From assembly GCA_963827165.1 (NCBI GenBank), contig CAWGZR010000012.1, forward strand, positions 32,001 to 96,000: DNA of 64,000 nucleotides, given 5' to 3'. The notes below the pieces were generated by a model that ran no database searches, was not told the origin of the DNA, and saw nothing but the letters and a program-made list of their open reading frames with translations. Positions 21,528 to 31,166 of this stretch are shown here, in pieces. This stretch comes from Candidatus Bathyarchaeota archaeon (GTDB lineage Archaea; Thermoproteota; Bathyarchaeia; Bathyarchaeales; Bathycorpusculaceae). Numbering within the stretch: the stretch's first letter is position 1; every line of letters starts with the position of its first letter. The translations under genes were made by a program, and so were the position numbers.

Positions 21528-22600
21528 TGGCGAAACTTTTTTTTCTCCTTTCAGGGGAAAGCGAAACTCTGCCTGCTGCTGAGGTTAAAGCGATACTCGA
21601 AGCGGAAGGTTACGGCTACTCGAGTCCTCAGGTTTTGGATCAGACACTGCGTTTAGAAGCAGAGATTAGTTGTGTCAAAGCGGTGCAAGTGCGGGCTGCT
21701 TTCACGAGACTTTGTGCTCTGGAAGTTTTCATCTCAGCTGCCACAGAAACCACCGCATGCGAAGCTGCATGCAATGCCGATTTTGAAGCCATCCTTAAAC
21801 CTGGCGAAAGTTTCTCGGTACGGATTAACCGAATAAAAAACTACGCGGACCAAGACATCAACACGATGCGTCTGGAGGGAAAGCTTGGCAAAGTAATTCT
21901 TCAACGTGCTCCACAAGCCAAGGTCAATTTGAAGTGCCCGGACAAAACGTTCATCGGCATAGTAACCAACGAAAAAATTGTTTTTGGCTTAAAACTTACT
22001 GAAATCCAAAGCAGGACCTTCTCCGAACGCAGACCACGCAGAAAACCCTTCTTTCACCCATCCGCCATGCCGTCTAAACTCGCCCGCTGCATGGTAAATT
22101 TGGCGCACGGGAAAACGGACTCGCTCCTGCTCGACCCGTTTTGCGGTACAGGAACCTCCCTTATCGAAGCAACCTACATCGGCTGCAAAGCCGTCGGCGT
22201 AGATGCTCAGCGACGCATGATTCTTGGATGCAGAAAAAACCTACGCCACTTCAATATTTCCCCTGATGGCTTAATCTGGGCTGACGCACGCCATTTGCCT
22301 CTTTTCAAGGTTGATTGCGCGGTCACCGACCCGCCATATGGCCGCTCATCAAGCACTTTGAAATCAACGACCAAACAACTGGTTGAGGAGGTTTTAGCTG
22401 CTTCACACGACCTGCTTGGAGCAGGGCAACGGATTTGTATAGCCCTTCCCATAAGGATGAACGAACAAGGAAAAGTAAACCGTATGGCTGAAGATTTAGC
22501 CGACTACATCAACGGTCTTGGATACAAAACGATTGAGTCACATTTGGTCTTCATTCACAGATCACTGACACGAGAAATAATGGTTTATGAAAAAACATAA
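21527..22600 (+). CDS. trm11: tRNA m2G10 methyltransferase (Trm11/TrmG10), chimeric: last 51 aa supplied by the integrated element
   Basis: THUMP region, RRKPFFHP, LDPFCGTG, TDPPYG; att core is residues ICIA (303-306). Confidence 0.9.
   Translation: MAKLFFLLSGESETLPAAEVKAILEAEGYGYSSPQVLDQTLRLEAEISCVKAVQVRAAFTRLCALEVFISAATETTACEAACNADFEAILKPGESFSVRINRIKNYADQDINTMRLEGKLGKVILQRAPQAKVNLKCPDKTFIGIVTNEKIVFGLKLTEIQSRTFSERRPRRKPFFHPSAMPSKLARCMVNLAHGKTDSLLLDPFCGTGTSLIEATYIGCKAVGVDAQRRMILGCRKNLRHFNISPDGLIWADARHLPLFKVDCAVTDPPYGRSSSTLKSTTKQLVEEVLAASHDLLGAGQRICIALPIRMNEQGKVNRMAEDLADYINGLGYKTIESHLVFIHRSLTREIMVYEKT
22433..22443 (+). repeat. attL core ATTTGTATAGC
   Basis: Identical to 48355-48365 in the same codon phase (I-C-I-A); 16 of 19 bases match when extended. 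Confidence 0.85.
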
Positions 22601-22713
22601 ATCATAAGTTAAAACCGACGGTCTTTTCAGGCAGTCGAGAAAATGTTAAATTTTAAATTTTCAGATTTCAAGCAGTTAAGAAACTATCTTTTGAATCTCG
22701 CACGCGCCCTTTG

Positions 22714-22774
22714 AAGGGAACTATACCCGGCTAGGGCAATCCCGCAAGGGTGTCCCTATCTACTTTTTTCCCTT
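22714..22774 (+). other. Nested stem-loop with GCAA tetraloop (possible ncRNA or terminator)
   Basis: AAGGGAA/TTCCCTT outer stem, TAGGG/CCCTA middle stem, CCC-GCAA-GGG inner hairpin, T-tract. Confidence 0.35.
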
Positions 22775-22994
22775 GACAAGCAGCATTTTTATTTTCGCTA
22801 GTGGTCAACTTATGCTGCGGTCAGTAGAAGAGTTATGACTGGCTATTTTCGTCTTTTGTTATGCTTTTTAGATGTGCCCATAGTGACCAATTTTCTCGAT
22901 TTAGGTAAATTCGTCGCCAGCTTTTTTCAAATGGTTAGTGAGGCGCAACATACATAACCAAAACCAACAATTGGGTTTTTGTGTACTGCAATCA

Positions 22995-23026
22995 AGGGGC
23001 CATAGGATTTGAACCTAGACCTCGGG
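22995..23026 (-). pseudogene. tRNA 3'-half-like fragment
   Basis: Minus strand CCCGAGGTC-TAGG-TTCAAAT-CCTA-TGGCCCCT reads as variable loop, T-arm and acceptor 3' strand; no 5' half adjacent. Confidence 0.55.
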
Positions 23027-23255
23027 GCATTATCGCCAGTTCTAACTTATTTCTATTCAGCCACTTTCCCTTTTTTGACTCAAAAAACAACAGGGCGTGT
23101 TTACTAGATAATAGTCATAAAATTTGGGGTTGTAACGCTATGTGGGTTGCTCTACATAGTCACAAGTAAACGCTTGGTTGTAGTTGCGCTTGTACAGTCA
23201 CACACATAGATTAAGGGCTTGTTTTCTTTTTTTCAGTGGAGAAAAACTCGTGAGT

Positions 23256-23689
23256 ATGAATATGGGCGGGGGCACAACGAGCTTAGTTGTTCCTCCCTTT
23301 CTTAAACAAGAATCTTTAATTATGATATTTGTCGCTCTCGGATTAGGAATTGTCGGAATGGCATTTGCAAGAATCCAGAATAAAGGTTCTTTTCAAATGC
23401 ACCAATCGATTATTACGGGAGCAGTTGCATTAAACTTGATTGCGATTTTTGTGGTAATGATTCCTTCGCTTATCTTTTTTTACCTTAGCTCAAGTTTAAC
23501 CGACATTTCATTTTTCTCAACATTACAGCTGATTCACGGCTTAATTGGGCTTCCAACAGTCATTTTTTCGTTAATGTTTGCATTCAATTTCTTACCTATT
23601 CGTACTAAAAATGGATGATAATAACTGCCATTTTATGGTTAACAAGCCTATATTTAGGTGCAGTGGTGTACGCTACCATGCCAAACTAA
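23256..23689 (+). CDS. DUF420/cytochrome-b-like 4-TM protein (frameshift in A-run ~23610)
   Basis: His in TM segments (MHQSII, IHGLIG); adding one A gives ...RTKKWMIITAILWLTSLYLGAVVYATMPN*. Confidence 0.55.
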
Positions 23690-23791
23690 ACCTCCACAAC
23701 AACATTGACTATCAACCGAAATCTCACGTGAACCCCGGTTAAGCGCAGACTTCACAGGACCATAAGCCACAATAAATAAAAAATTAGAAAA

Positions 23792-26700
23792 TTGGTGAAA
23801 GACTTGAGTTTTGCTGCTCTAATTCCCATCTTGATAATGGAAGGATTGATGGCTCTCTTCGCCGCATGGGCTGTCAAGAAGGGCTCGAAAATCAAGGCTC
23901 CAAGGGAAGCTTGGATGCTGCTCTTCCTCCTTTCAATGATGGCTGAGATGGCTATTAGTATCGTAATTTACCTCTACTTTCCCGGAGCACTCTCCGAAAA
24001 TCTATTGTTAAACATGTTTGTGATGATGGTCACAGTCTTCGCTTTTGCTATCTTGTATGTATTTGATGAACCCAAGACCATGGATGAAACTATATCCGGC
24101 ATTGTGCAGGTAAGATCCGTAATAATCGCGTTGATCGTCGCCTTGGTCCTCTTGTCTGAGGTATTCATGGCCTGGACCCTTGCACTCCTCGGGGGAACTG
24201 CAGCCACGGCTGGAAGCCTCCAAGAAATTTTCATTACAATAACTAACTCTTCAAGTTCTTACTTGTTCATCTTCATGAACTCGGCCGAAATGGCAATAAC
24301 ACTTTTTTTCATCAGAAAAAGACTGCCGAAGGAACTTAGCTGGCTCATTGCGTCTCAAGTTATCATAATGATCCTTTCTCCGACCGCGATTATCAACTCC
24401 GCTTGGGCGAGCCTCTCCCTGGCTGCCGGCAGCGCCATCATGACTTTTCTATTCATATACATCTTCAAGTTCCTGTATGGTAGCAAGACCTTGAGCAAAG
24501 GTATCCTGAACTATCTGCTCTTTCTTATGTTGGCCTATGCCATGATGATGGCAGGTCAGTTTATCTGGCTTCTTAACGGCGATGCCGCAGTTTTTGTGTT
24601 ATCCATAATAGTTGAGATGGTTGTGTACTTCGGAATAGTATTAGACGAGAAGAAGCTTATTTCTTCGAAGTTGGTAAACTGGCAAGCGATGCCGTATTGG
24701 GTCTTTGGCTTCCTCTTGCTTGTATTTGTGGTTGAGTTCTTTATGAGTGGGGTCATGGCCATCGAGGTGTACGGCCAGGGCTTTTTCAATGGAATAATAT
24801 CTGCTTCAACGACGTGGCCCCTTACACGAATATTGAGCGCGGGCTTTTACGTAGGAACGATGACTGTCTTCACGGCTTGGCTCATCAAAAAAGGCTCTGA
24901 GATCAAGACCTTAATTGACGCTGGCATTGTGCTCTTCCTCCTCTCGATGATTGCTACGACATTCATCAGTACAGTCGTCTACCTCTACGTTCAAGCGTCA
25001 TTTACACTCCTTGATCTGGTGGCCATTAACCTGGCGGTAGCAGGCATCACAACAGCTGCCATTCTTTTTGCAATACGCAAGGGAAACGATAGTCTCCTAC
25101 AGCTTAAGGTGAGCAACATCAGGCTCATTTTGTTTGTGTCAATCGTTGCCTTGGTTATCATTTCTGAGGTGTTTATGGGCTGGACCTTTGCGCTGCTTGG
25201 CGGTACAGTATCGATTTCTAGCGGTCTCCAATGGGTCTATTCAGCTCTTATACACGCTACGAGCTCTTTTTGGTTCATCTTCATGATGTCCGCCGAAATG
25301 GGAATAACACTTTTCCTAATAAGAGGCAGGCTGCCAAAGCCAGCCGTCTTGATTATGGCATCTCAAACCATAATAATGATTCTATCTCCCACAGCGATTG
25401 GCAACTCTCTTTGGACCAGCATCTCCCTGATTGCGGGCAGCTCCGTCATGATTTTTCTTTTCATTTACGTCTTTGAATTCCTTTATAAGAATCGGACCAT
25501 CAGCTCAGGCATACTGAACTATCTTCTCTTTCTCATGCTGGCCTACGCGTTGATGATGGCGGGCCAGTTCATCTGGCTTCTCACGGGAGACGCCACAGTC
25601 TTCGTACTCTCTATAATAGCTGAAATGATAGTGTACTTCGGAATCGTATTGGACGAAAGAAGACTTGTTTCATCCAAACCCGCAAGTTGGCAAGCAAAAC
25701 CGTATTGGATCTTCGGTTTCCTGGGGCTCCTTTTCGTGGCGGAGTTCTTCATGGGCGGAGTCTTGGACATCCAAGTGTATGGCACAGGCTTTTTCAATAT
25801 GATGATGTTTGCCCCCACTGCAGGGTCATTCATGAATGTTATAAGTGCGGGCTTTTTCAATTTCATAATGTTCTTCACCAGAATCACCATGTCTCCGTGG
25901 TACCTGATAATGATGGGCATAGAGATGGGCGCGCTTGTAGCCTTTAGAATCAAGTATGTACGGGAGATTGAAACTAAGGTAAGGCTCATGCTTTTGATTC
26001 TCGCTTACGCCGTATACAGTATACTCCTGCCCGTCTTCCTAATTCCCGCCCAACTTCTCGGCAAAATCCCCTGGCTAGGCTGGAGTATGGGCATAGGAAG
26101 CTCAGGCGCTATAGCTCCCGCAGTTTTAATTGCGTTGCTCGGCGCATTTCTGATCAGTGGCATTCTTTCCTTTCTTTTCGGTAGCAGGCAACTATGCTCT
26201 GTAACGTGCATGGCTCCCCTCATGTACCAAGGGACAACTATAGATGCCATGAACTCATGCAGTGGAACTTCCAAGCTTGCATGCAAGCTGCACACAAACA
26301 AAATATCATCCGCCTATAAGGTCGTCGTATCGGCGGTGTGGATCTCGCTTCTGGCTGCAGCTTTACTATCCTACTTGGCGTCTGTAGGAATTTCAGGAAT
26401 CTCTGTCTTCGGCATGGATCCAGCCTTCTTCCTGTTCATGTTTTACTTCGGCTTTCTCTGGTACGTTATTTGGATGATGATCCCCTTTGTCGGCACGTAC
26501 GGCTGCGTCTCAACTGGCATGTGTGGCTGGGGAGCTTTCAACCAGCTCATCTCCCGAGCTGGGTTGTTTAGGCTAAAGGTGAAGGACAAGGCGCTTTGCC
26601 GCAGCTGTACGACAAAGGACTGCTCGAAGGGCTGTCCCCTAGGTCTCACAGGTCAGCCGGCGGCGTTCGCTGCGAAGGGCGAGTTCAGAAACTACAAATG

Positions 26701-28003
26701 CATCGGCGACGGGAACTGCGTTTCGGCCTGCCCACACAGAAATATATCCTTCTACGATGTAAGACATTGGTTAAGGGAGCACGCACGTAAACCCATGACC
26801 ACAGGCTCAATCAGCTTTTTGAAGCTCTTATCAAGGAACATTAGAAGACGACCCTTCAGGAACATGGCAACAATACTATGTTTTGCCTTCATTGCAGCCA
26901 GCATACTATCCGCGGGATACCTAATCAGCGGAACCACCAACAGCCTTAACGTTGGAATATCACGAATGGGTGCTGACATAATGGTAGTTCCAGCAAATTC
27001 TTCCGCTGCAGGAGAATCTTTGCTCCTAAATGGACAGCCAACAACATTCTTCTTTAACAACAACCCAGTCCCAGAAATAATGAGAGACCCTGGAGTGGCC
27101 GCCGTCTCCCCCCAATTATACATTGCAACCCTCGGAGCCTCCTGCTGCTCTTACCCCATTCAATTAATAGGATTCAATTCCAGTCAAGACTTCACTATTA
27201 CGCCTTGGTTACAAACAAAACTTGTCGGAACCTTGAAGCAAAATGAAATCATTGTTGGAAGCGCCATTATAGGGAATGTAGGTTCCCAACTCGAATTTTA
27301 TGGCCAAAATTTCACCATTGCAGGAAAGCTGTCGCCCACAGGAATGGGGTTAGACGAGACGGTCTTCATGCGTATGCAAGATGCCTACGCTATGGCCGCT
27401 GAATCAAACACAACAGCGGTAGAACCTCTCAATATTCAATCTGGGCAGATCTCGGCAGTTTTAGTACGTGTGGCACCCGGTAACAGTATAGCAGGAGTGG
27501 CAGCTGTTCTCGGATCTACTATTTCAGGAGTTCAAGTTATTCAGTCGAGCGGGCTGGTAAACACCGTGGCGAACCAAATATCCGCCACTACCCAACTTCT
27601 GTATTTTGCTGCGGCTTCGGTCACTTTGGTTTCTCTTCCGCTGATTGCTCTTGTTTCTTCAATGGTGATTAACGAGCGAAAGAGAGAGATAGGTATTCTC
27701 AGGGCAACGGGTGCCACCAAACGATTCATTCTTAAACTTTTCTTCTCGGAAGCGATTGCTCTCGCCCTAATCGGCGGAATACTGGGTGTTTTTTCCTCTT
27801 TCATCATGATTTACAGCTTTCAGCATTTTATAGCACTTCAACTTCAAATACCCTTTCTCTGGCCGTCTATTGGTCAAACTCTTGCCGAAGCCGGATTGGT
27901 CCTGGTTCTTGTAGTCGGTGCCGGAGCCGCTGCATCTCTATATCCAGCGATAAAAAACAGTCGGTTAGAACCGTACAACGCGATAAGGAGCGGAGAATCT
28001 TGA
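23792..28003 (+). CDS. Multi-TM polyferredoxin (NapH/FoxG/FtrD-like) with tandem-duplicated membrane domain, fused to a MacB/FtsX ABC permease
   Basis: Repeat offset 336 aa; CSVTC, CRSCTTKDCSKGCP, CIGDGNCVSACP; MGADIMVVP, GASCC, ERKREIGILRATGA, YPAIKNSRLEP. Confidence 0.75.
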   Translation: MVKDLSFAALIPILIMEGLMALFAAWAVKKGSKIKAPREAWMLLFLLSMMAEMAISIVIYLYFPGALSENLLLNMFVMMVTVFAFAILYVFDEPKTMDETISGIVQVRSVIIALIVALVLLSEVFMAWTLALLGGTAATAGSLQEIFITITNSSSSYLFIFMNSAEMAITLFFIRKRLPKELSWLIASQVIIMILSPTAIINSAWASLSLAAGSAIMTFLFIYIFKFLYGSKTLSKGILNYLLFLMLAYAMMMAGQFIWLLNGDAAVFVLSIIVEMVVYFGIVLDEKKLISSKLVNWQAMPYWVFGFLLLVFVVEFFMSGVMAIEVYGQGFFNGIISASTTWPLTRILSAGFYVGTMTVFTAWLIKKGSEIKTLIDAGIVLFLLSMIATTFISTVVYLYVQASFTLLDLVAINLAVAGITTAAILFAIRKGNDSLLQLKVSNIRLILFVSIVALVIISEVFMGWTFALLGGTVSISSGLQWVYSALIHATSSFWFIFMMSAEMGITLFLIRGRLPKPAVLIMASQTIIMILSPTAIGNSLWTSISLIAGSSVMIFLFIYVFEFLYKNRTISSGILNYLLFLMLAYALMMAGQFIWLLTGDATVFVLSIIAEMIVYFGIVLDERRLVSSKPASWQAKPYWIFGFLGLLFVAEFFMGGVLDIQVYGTGFFNMMMFAPTAGSFMNVISAGFFNFIMFFTRITMSPWYLIMMGIEMGALVAFRIKYVREIETKVRLMLLILAYAVYSILLPVFLIPAQLLGKIPWLGWSMGIGSSGAIAPAVLIALLGAFLISGILSFLFGSRQLCSVTCMAPLMYQGTTIDAMNSCSGTSKLACKLHTNKISSAYKVVVSAVWISLLAAALLSYLASVGISGISVFGMDPAFFLFMFYFGFLWYVIWMMIPFVGTYGCVSTGMCGWGAFNQLISRAGLFRLKVKDKALCRSCTTKDCSKGCPLGLTGQPAAFAAKGEFRNYKCIGDGNCVSACPHRNISFYDVRHWLREHARKPMTTGSISFLKLLSRNIRRRPFRNMATILCFAFIAASILSAGYLISGTTNSLNVGISRMGADIMVVPANSSAAGESLLLNGQPTTFFFNNNPVPEIMRDPGVAAVSPQLYIATLGASCCSYPIQLIGFNSSQDFTITPWLQTKLVGTLKQNEIIVGSAIIGNVGSQLEFYGQNFTIAGKLSPTGMGLDETVFMRMQDAYAMAAESNTTAVEPLNIQSGQISAVLVRVAPGNSIAGVAAVLGSTISGVQVIQSSGLVNTVANQISATTQLLYFAAASVTLVSLPLIALVSSMVINERKREIGILRATGATKRFILKLFFSEAIALALIGGILGVFSSFIMIYSFQHFIALQLQIPFLWPSIGQTLAEAGLVLVLVVGAGAAASLYPAIKNSRLEPYNAIRSGES

Positions 28004-28743
28004 TTGTCGTCTCTGAACTTTCAAAAGCTTACAGGAAAGATATTGAGCCAGTTGAAACCAAAAGCTCTGACGGCAGCTCTTACATGCGCACCGTCGACTA
28101 TTTTAGAGCGGTTCAGAATGCCACTTTTTCTGTTTCAAAAGGAGAGTTTGTATTAATTTTAGGCCGCTCTGGAAGCGGAAAAAGTACATTGCTCAGCATG
28201 TTGGGAGGCCTCACCGCTCCCACCGAGGGTGTCGTCAGGTTGAATGACAAAAATCTATGGTCTATGTCTGATGAAGCTTTGTCTCATCTTCGAGCAGAAT
28301 ACATAGGTTTTGTTTTTCAGTTCTCAGGCTTGTTACCGACATTAAATGTTTTGGAAAACGTGATGTTGCCTTCCCTATTCGTTAAAGCGAAAGAAGACCC
28401 AATAAAGCGCGCTCGTAAACTCCTTTTAGATGTTGGACTTGATTCGAAGATCCAGTCGTTTCCTTCTGAGCTTTCTGGGGGCGAGCTCAAAAGGGCTGCA
28501 ATAGCTAGAGCTTTGATCAATGATCCTTTGCTCATCTTGGCGGATGAGCCGACGGGGGATTTGGACGTGGACACTGAAAGGGAAATTATGGAGCTTTTCA
28601 AAGAGATTAATCGGCAGGGAAAAACTATTCTTATGGTTACTCACAACCCGGAACTTTCAAGTTACAGCAGCAGAGTTATTAGAATGGAAAAGGGAAAAAT
28701 AAGTGAGCCACTATTCCATCTGTCCTCAGAAGAAACTGTGTGA
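28000..28743 (+). CDS. LolD/MacB-type ABC ATPase
   Basis: GRSGSGKS, GFVFQF, LSGGE, ADEPTGDLD, VTH. Confidence 0.92.
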   Translation: MIVVSELSKAYRKDIEPVETKSSDGSSYMRTVDYFRAVQNATFSVSKGEFVLILGRSGSGKSTLLSMLGGLTAPTEGVVRLNDKNLWSMSDEALSHLRAEYIGFVFQFSGLLPTLNVLENVMLPSLFVKAKEDPIKRARKLLLDVGLDSKIQSFPSELSGGELKRAAIARALINDPLLILADEPTGDLDVDTEREIMELFKEINRQGKTILMVTHNPELSSYSSRVIRMEKGKISEPLFHLSSEETV

Positions 28744-29037
28744 TATTCGGCCCTTGATGACTTAACATGTTGGTTTATCCCTAAATTGTTTGTTGAAGTA
28801 TGTTTGGGAACGTGCTAGCTCGAAAAGAGTTACGATCGCCTTATTCAGCTTGAATTTTTTTGAGCCTTTTTATTTGCGTGCAACACTGAAAAATGCGGTA
28901 AATATGCAAAGGAAACTTTTGGATATTGTAAATGAAAAACAAATATCGCTGTTGTGAAGACTGGGAACTGAAAACAGTATCTACAGTTACGTGTGCGTAT
29001 TTCTTGGTGCGTTAAAGGTATGTTTAGTTCATCCTTT

Positions 29038-29247
29038 TTATCGCGGGGTCTTTGACGGCTTAGCAAAGTAAACAGCAATTATGCCCAAAATGAATGCGAC
29101 CGCGCCGAGAACTATTAACCCCGATTCGTTAGGCTTATACATCATCAACCAACTCATTAGGGTTTGGGCGCCTAGCCCAATGCCAATGATGATTCCACCT
29201 GCCAACGAAAGGATGCATCCAACATATATTAACCATAATTTTGTCAT
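29038..29247 (-). CDS. Small 2-TM membrane protein
   Basis: 69 aa, ATG start, two hydrophobic helices, basic tail. Confidence 0.55.
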   Translation of the reverse strand: MTKLWLIYVGCILSLAGGIIIGIGLGAQTLMSWLMMYKPNESGLIVLGAVAFILGIIAVYFAKPSKTPR

Positions 29248-29419
29248 AATTAGCTCACAAAATTATCTTTTGGGGCTGTCTAGTACATAAGGTTTGCCAA
29301 ATCCGCGTGCAGGCTTGTCCCGAAATTACTAATGTTTGTTTTGAGAAGAGGGTCTCACAAGCTTCACAAGAAGCCTTGCACGTTGTAAATGTAACATCAC
29401 TTTTATAAATTCTAAGTGT

Positions 29420-29932
29420 CTATCCTGGCAAAACGGTTACGAATCCGCCCATATATCCAATCTGACCAGGTTGACCATCGCTGCCAGTCATCATCGCCCA
29501 ACCACCCGCATCCGTGTCGCATGGAAAAGTGCACCACCAACGGTAAACACCTGCCGTTGCCTCGTTAAACTGGAAATTAGACACCGTCGGAACCCCAGTT
29601 TCGTTGCTTGGCAGAACCACAAAGTTCACCCCCAAGGTTGGGCTAGTAAAGCTATGCTCTCCGTCGTCATAGTTTATAACCGTTAAATTGACTTCTTGAT
29701 CTGTATAAACGGTGAAGTTGCATGGAGTAAAAGCGTCGTGCATTAAGCCGTCGGGACCGAGTTTCACGTCACCTTGAACTACCAACGTTATATCTGCTGT
29801 TTTTGGTGTACTGGAAGCTGTGGCTGTTGCAGGTTTTATATCGTAGCCAATTATCAACCCGAGCACAACGGCAGCCATGACTACGACAACGAAAGCAAGC
29901 CAAACTATTTTCGACAAATCACCATTGCTCAA
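29420..29932 (-). CDS. Membrane-anchored cupredoxin-domain protein
   Basis: N-terminal TM, VNLTVINYDDGEHSF, GVYRWWCTFPC...WAM, MGGFVTV. Confidence 0.75.
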   Translation of the reverse strand: MSNGDLSKIVWLAFVVVVMAAVVLGLIIGYDIKPATATASSTPKTADITLVVQGDVKLGPDGLMHDAFTPCNFTVYTDQEVNLTVINYDDGEHSFTSPTLGVNFVVLPSNETGVPTVSNFQFNEATAGVYRWWCTFPCDTDAGGWAMMTGSDGQPGQIGYMGGFVTVLPG

Positions 29933-30450
29933 GGGTAATCATCATAAAAGTTGTTTAGCGTTTATCTAAAAAGATTGTGGTTTTTACCATCTTTATTCTT
30001 CTTTTTAGCGTACTGCATTGTCCAAATATTACGTGTTAATGACGTTAGCTATGATGAAAAAGGACGTTGATTTCGACAAAGAATTCAGAAAGGATCTCAT
30101 TGATAAAATCAATTCTTCTCTTATTAAACTAACAGCTTTTATAGGGTGAAGTATCAACCAGCAACCAGGTAACAGTGATTTCTGAGGACGGATAGCTCGA
30201 TGGGGACAATCCAGAATGTCTATTTATCGATACAGACTCTTGGGTTCCGAAACGGTTTCTTGAATCTCTTTATCGATCTCTTCCAAAATATTTATCAGCT
30301 TATTAGTTAAGTCGTTGCATCTTTGAGGTTTCCTTTTCTGAAACTGGGCAAACATTACCTTAAGCGCATAAATTTGTTGTAATTAGCTTTTTGGCTGCTA
30401 TCGCCATCAATCAGCAAGAGCAGGGATTTTTTTCTTAACTCTATTTGCAT

Positions 30451-30879
30451 TCAAGCCTTGCCTTCCCCCACTTGTCTTTGTTTGATAACTTCTATCATTT
30501 TTGGCAAAAACTCGATAAACTGCTCTTTCTCCGCATAAATCGATTTTTCAACTACCTCAATCAAGTTGTTAACTAAGATTCTACAGGCTCGTGTAACAGC
30601 CTGTAACTTGTATTCAGTGACCACATGAGTAAACGTGCTCCAGGCTTCTGCTTTCCCAGAATCGAAGAGAAAAATAACATTGCCCTTGATTTCGCCATGA
30701 ACGCTTTTCGATGTATCCGGTTTCCACAGAACAATCAAGCTTATGCCTAACTGATCGAGGCAATCCTGCATCTGCTTCTGAACTAAAGCAAATTGAGCTT
30801 TGGTCTTTCTTATGTTGACGCCTTTAATAGCGGAGTTTGAGAACGTATCTCGACCCTGAACTTCAACCATAACTTTCAA
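30451..30879 (-). CDS. Hypothetical element protein
   Basis: Overlaps upstream ORF (ATGA-type junction); HGEI and TFTHVVTEY resemble a degenerate zincin motif. Confidence 0.55.
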   Translation of the reverse strand: MKVMVEVQGRDTFSNSAIKGVNIRKTKAQFALVQKQMQDCLDQLGISLIVLWKPDTSKSVHGEIKGNVIFLFDSGKAEAWSTFTHVVTEYKLQAVTRACRILVNNLIEVVEKSIYAEKEQFIEFLPKMIEVIKQRQVGEGKA

Positions 30880-31166
30880 GGTGCCTCCTTATCGTCATGG
30901 CTATGTATGTCAGTGAAGGATGGTTGAAAAGACGCGTTTGTGAAGGTTCGCTTTAGTGCCTGGTAGCAATTCTCACAGCGTCTAAGTATGTCTTTTTGAG
31001 GCGTCATGATTTGCTTTGTGACTGCTAAAGCTCCGCAATCTTCGCATTTTTCGCCGCTTGGAAGCTCTTTAACGTAAAATATAGGCTTTTGCTTATTTGC
31101 TTCGTTTTCGTTACTGTTTCTTTTGATTGCCTTCGCCGAATATAAGCGAATTGCCGCTGTTTTCAT
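30876..31166 (-). CDS. Small Zn-finger protein
   Basis: CEDC...CENC; overlaps replicase 3' end. Confidence 0.55.
   Translation of the reverse strand: MKTAAIRLYSAKAIKRNSNENEANKQKPIFYVKELPSGEKCEDCGALAVTKQIMTPQKDILRRCENCYQALKRTFTNASFQPSFTDIHSHDDKEAP

Noticed and set aside
22995-23070. Complete tRNA gene
   Set aside because: No 5' acceptor strand, D-arm or anticodon stem adjacent; fragment only
25543-27807. Antisense ORFs of 88-148 aa here and similar ones throughout the track
   Set aside because: Shadow frames of well-supported genes with no motifs
29940-30450. Gene or replication origin between cargo and replication module
   Set aside because: Only short broken frames and no convincing iterons
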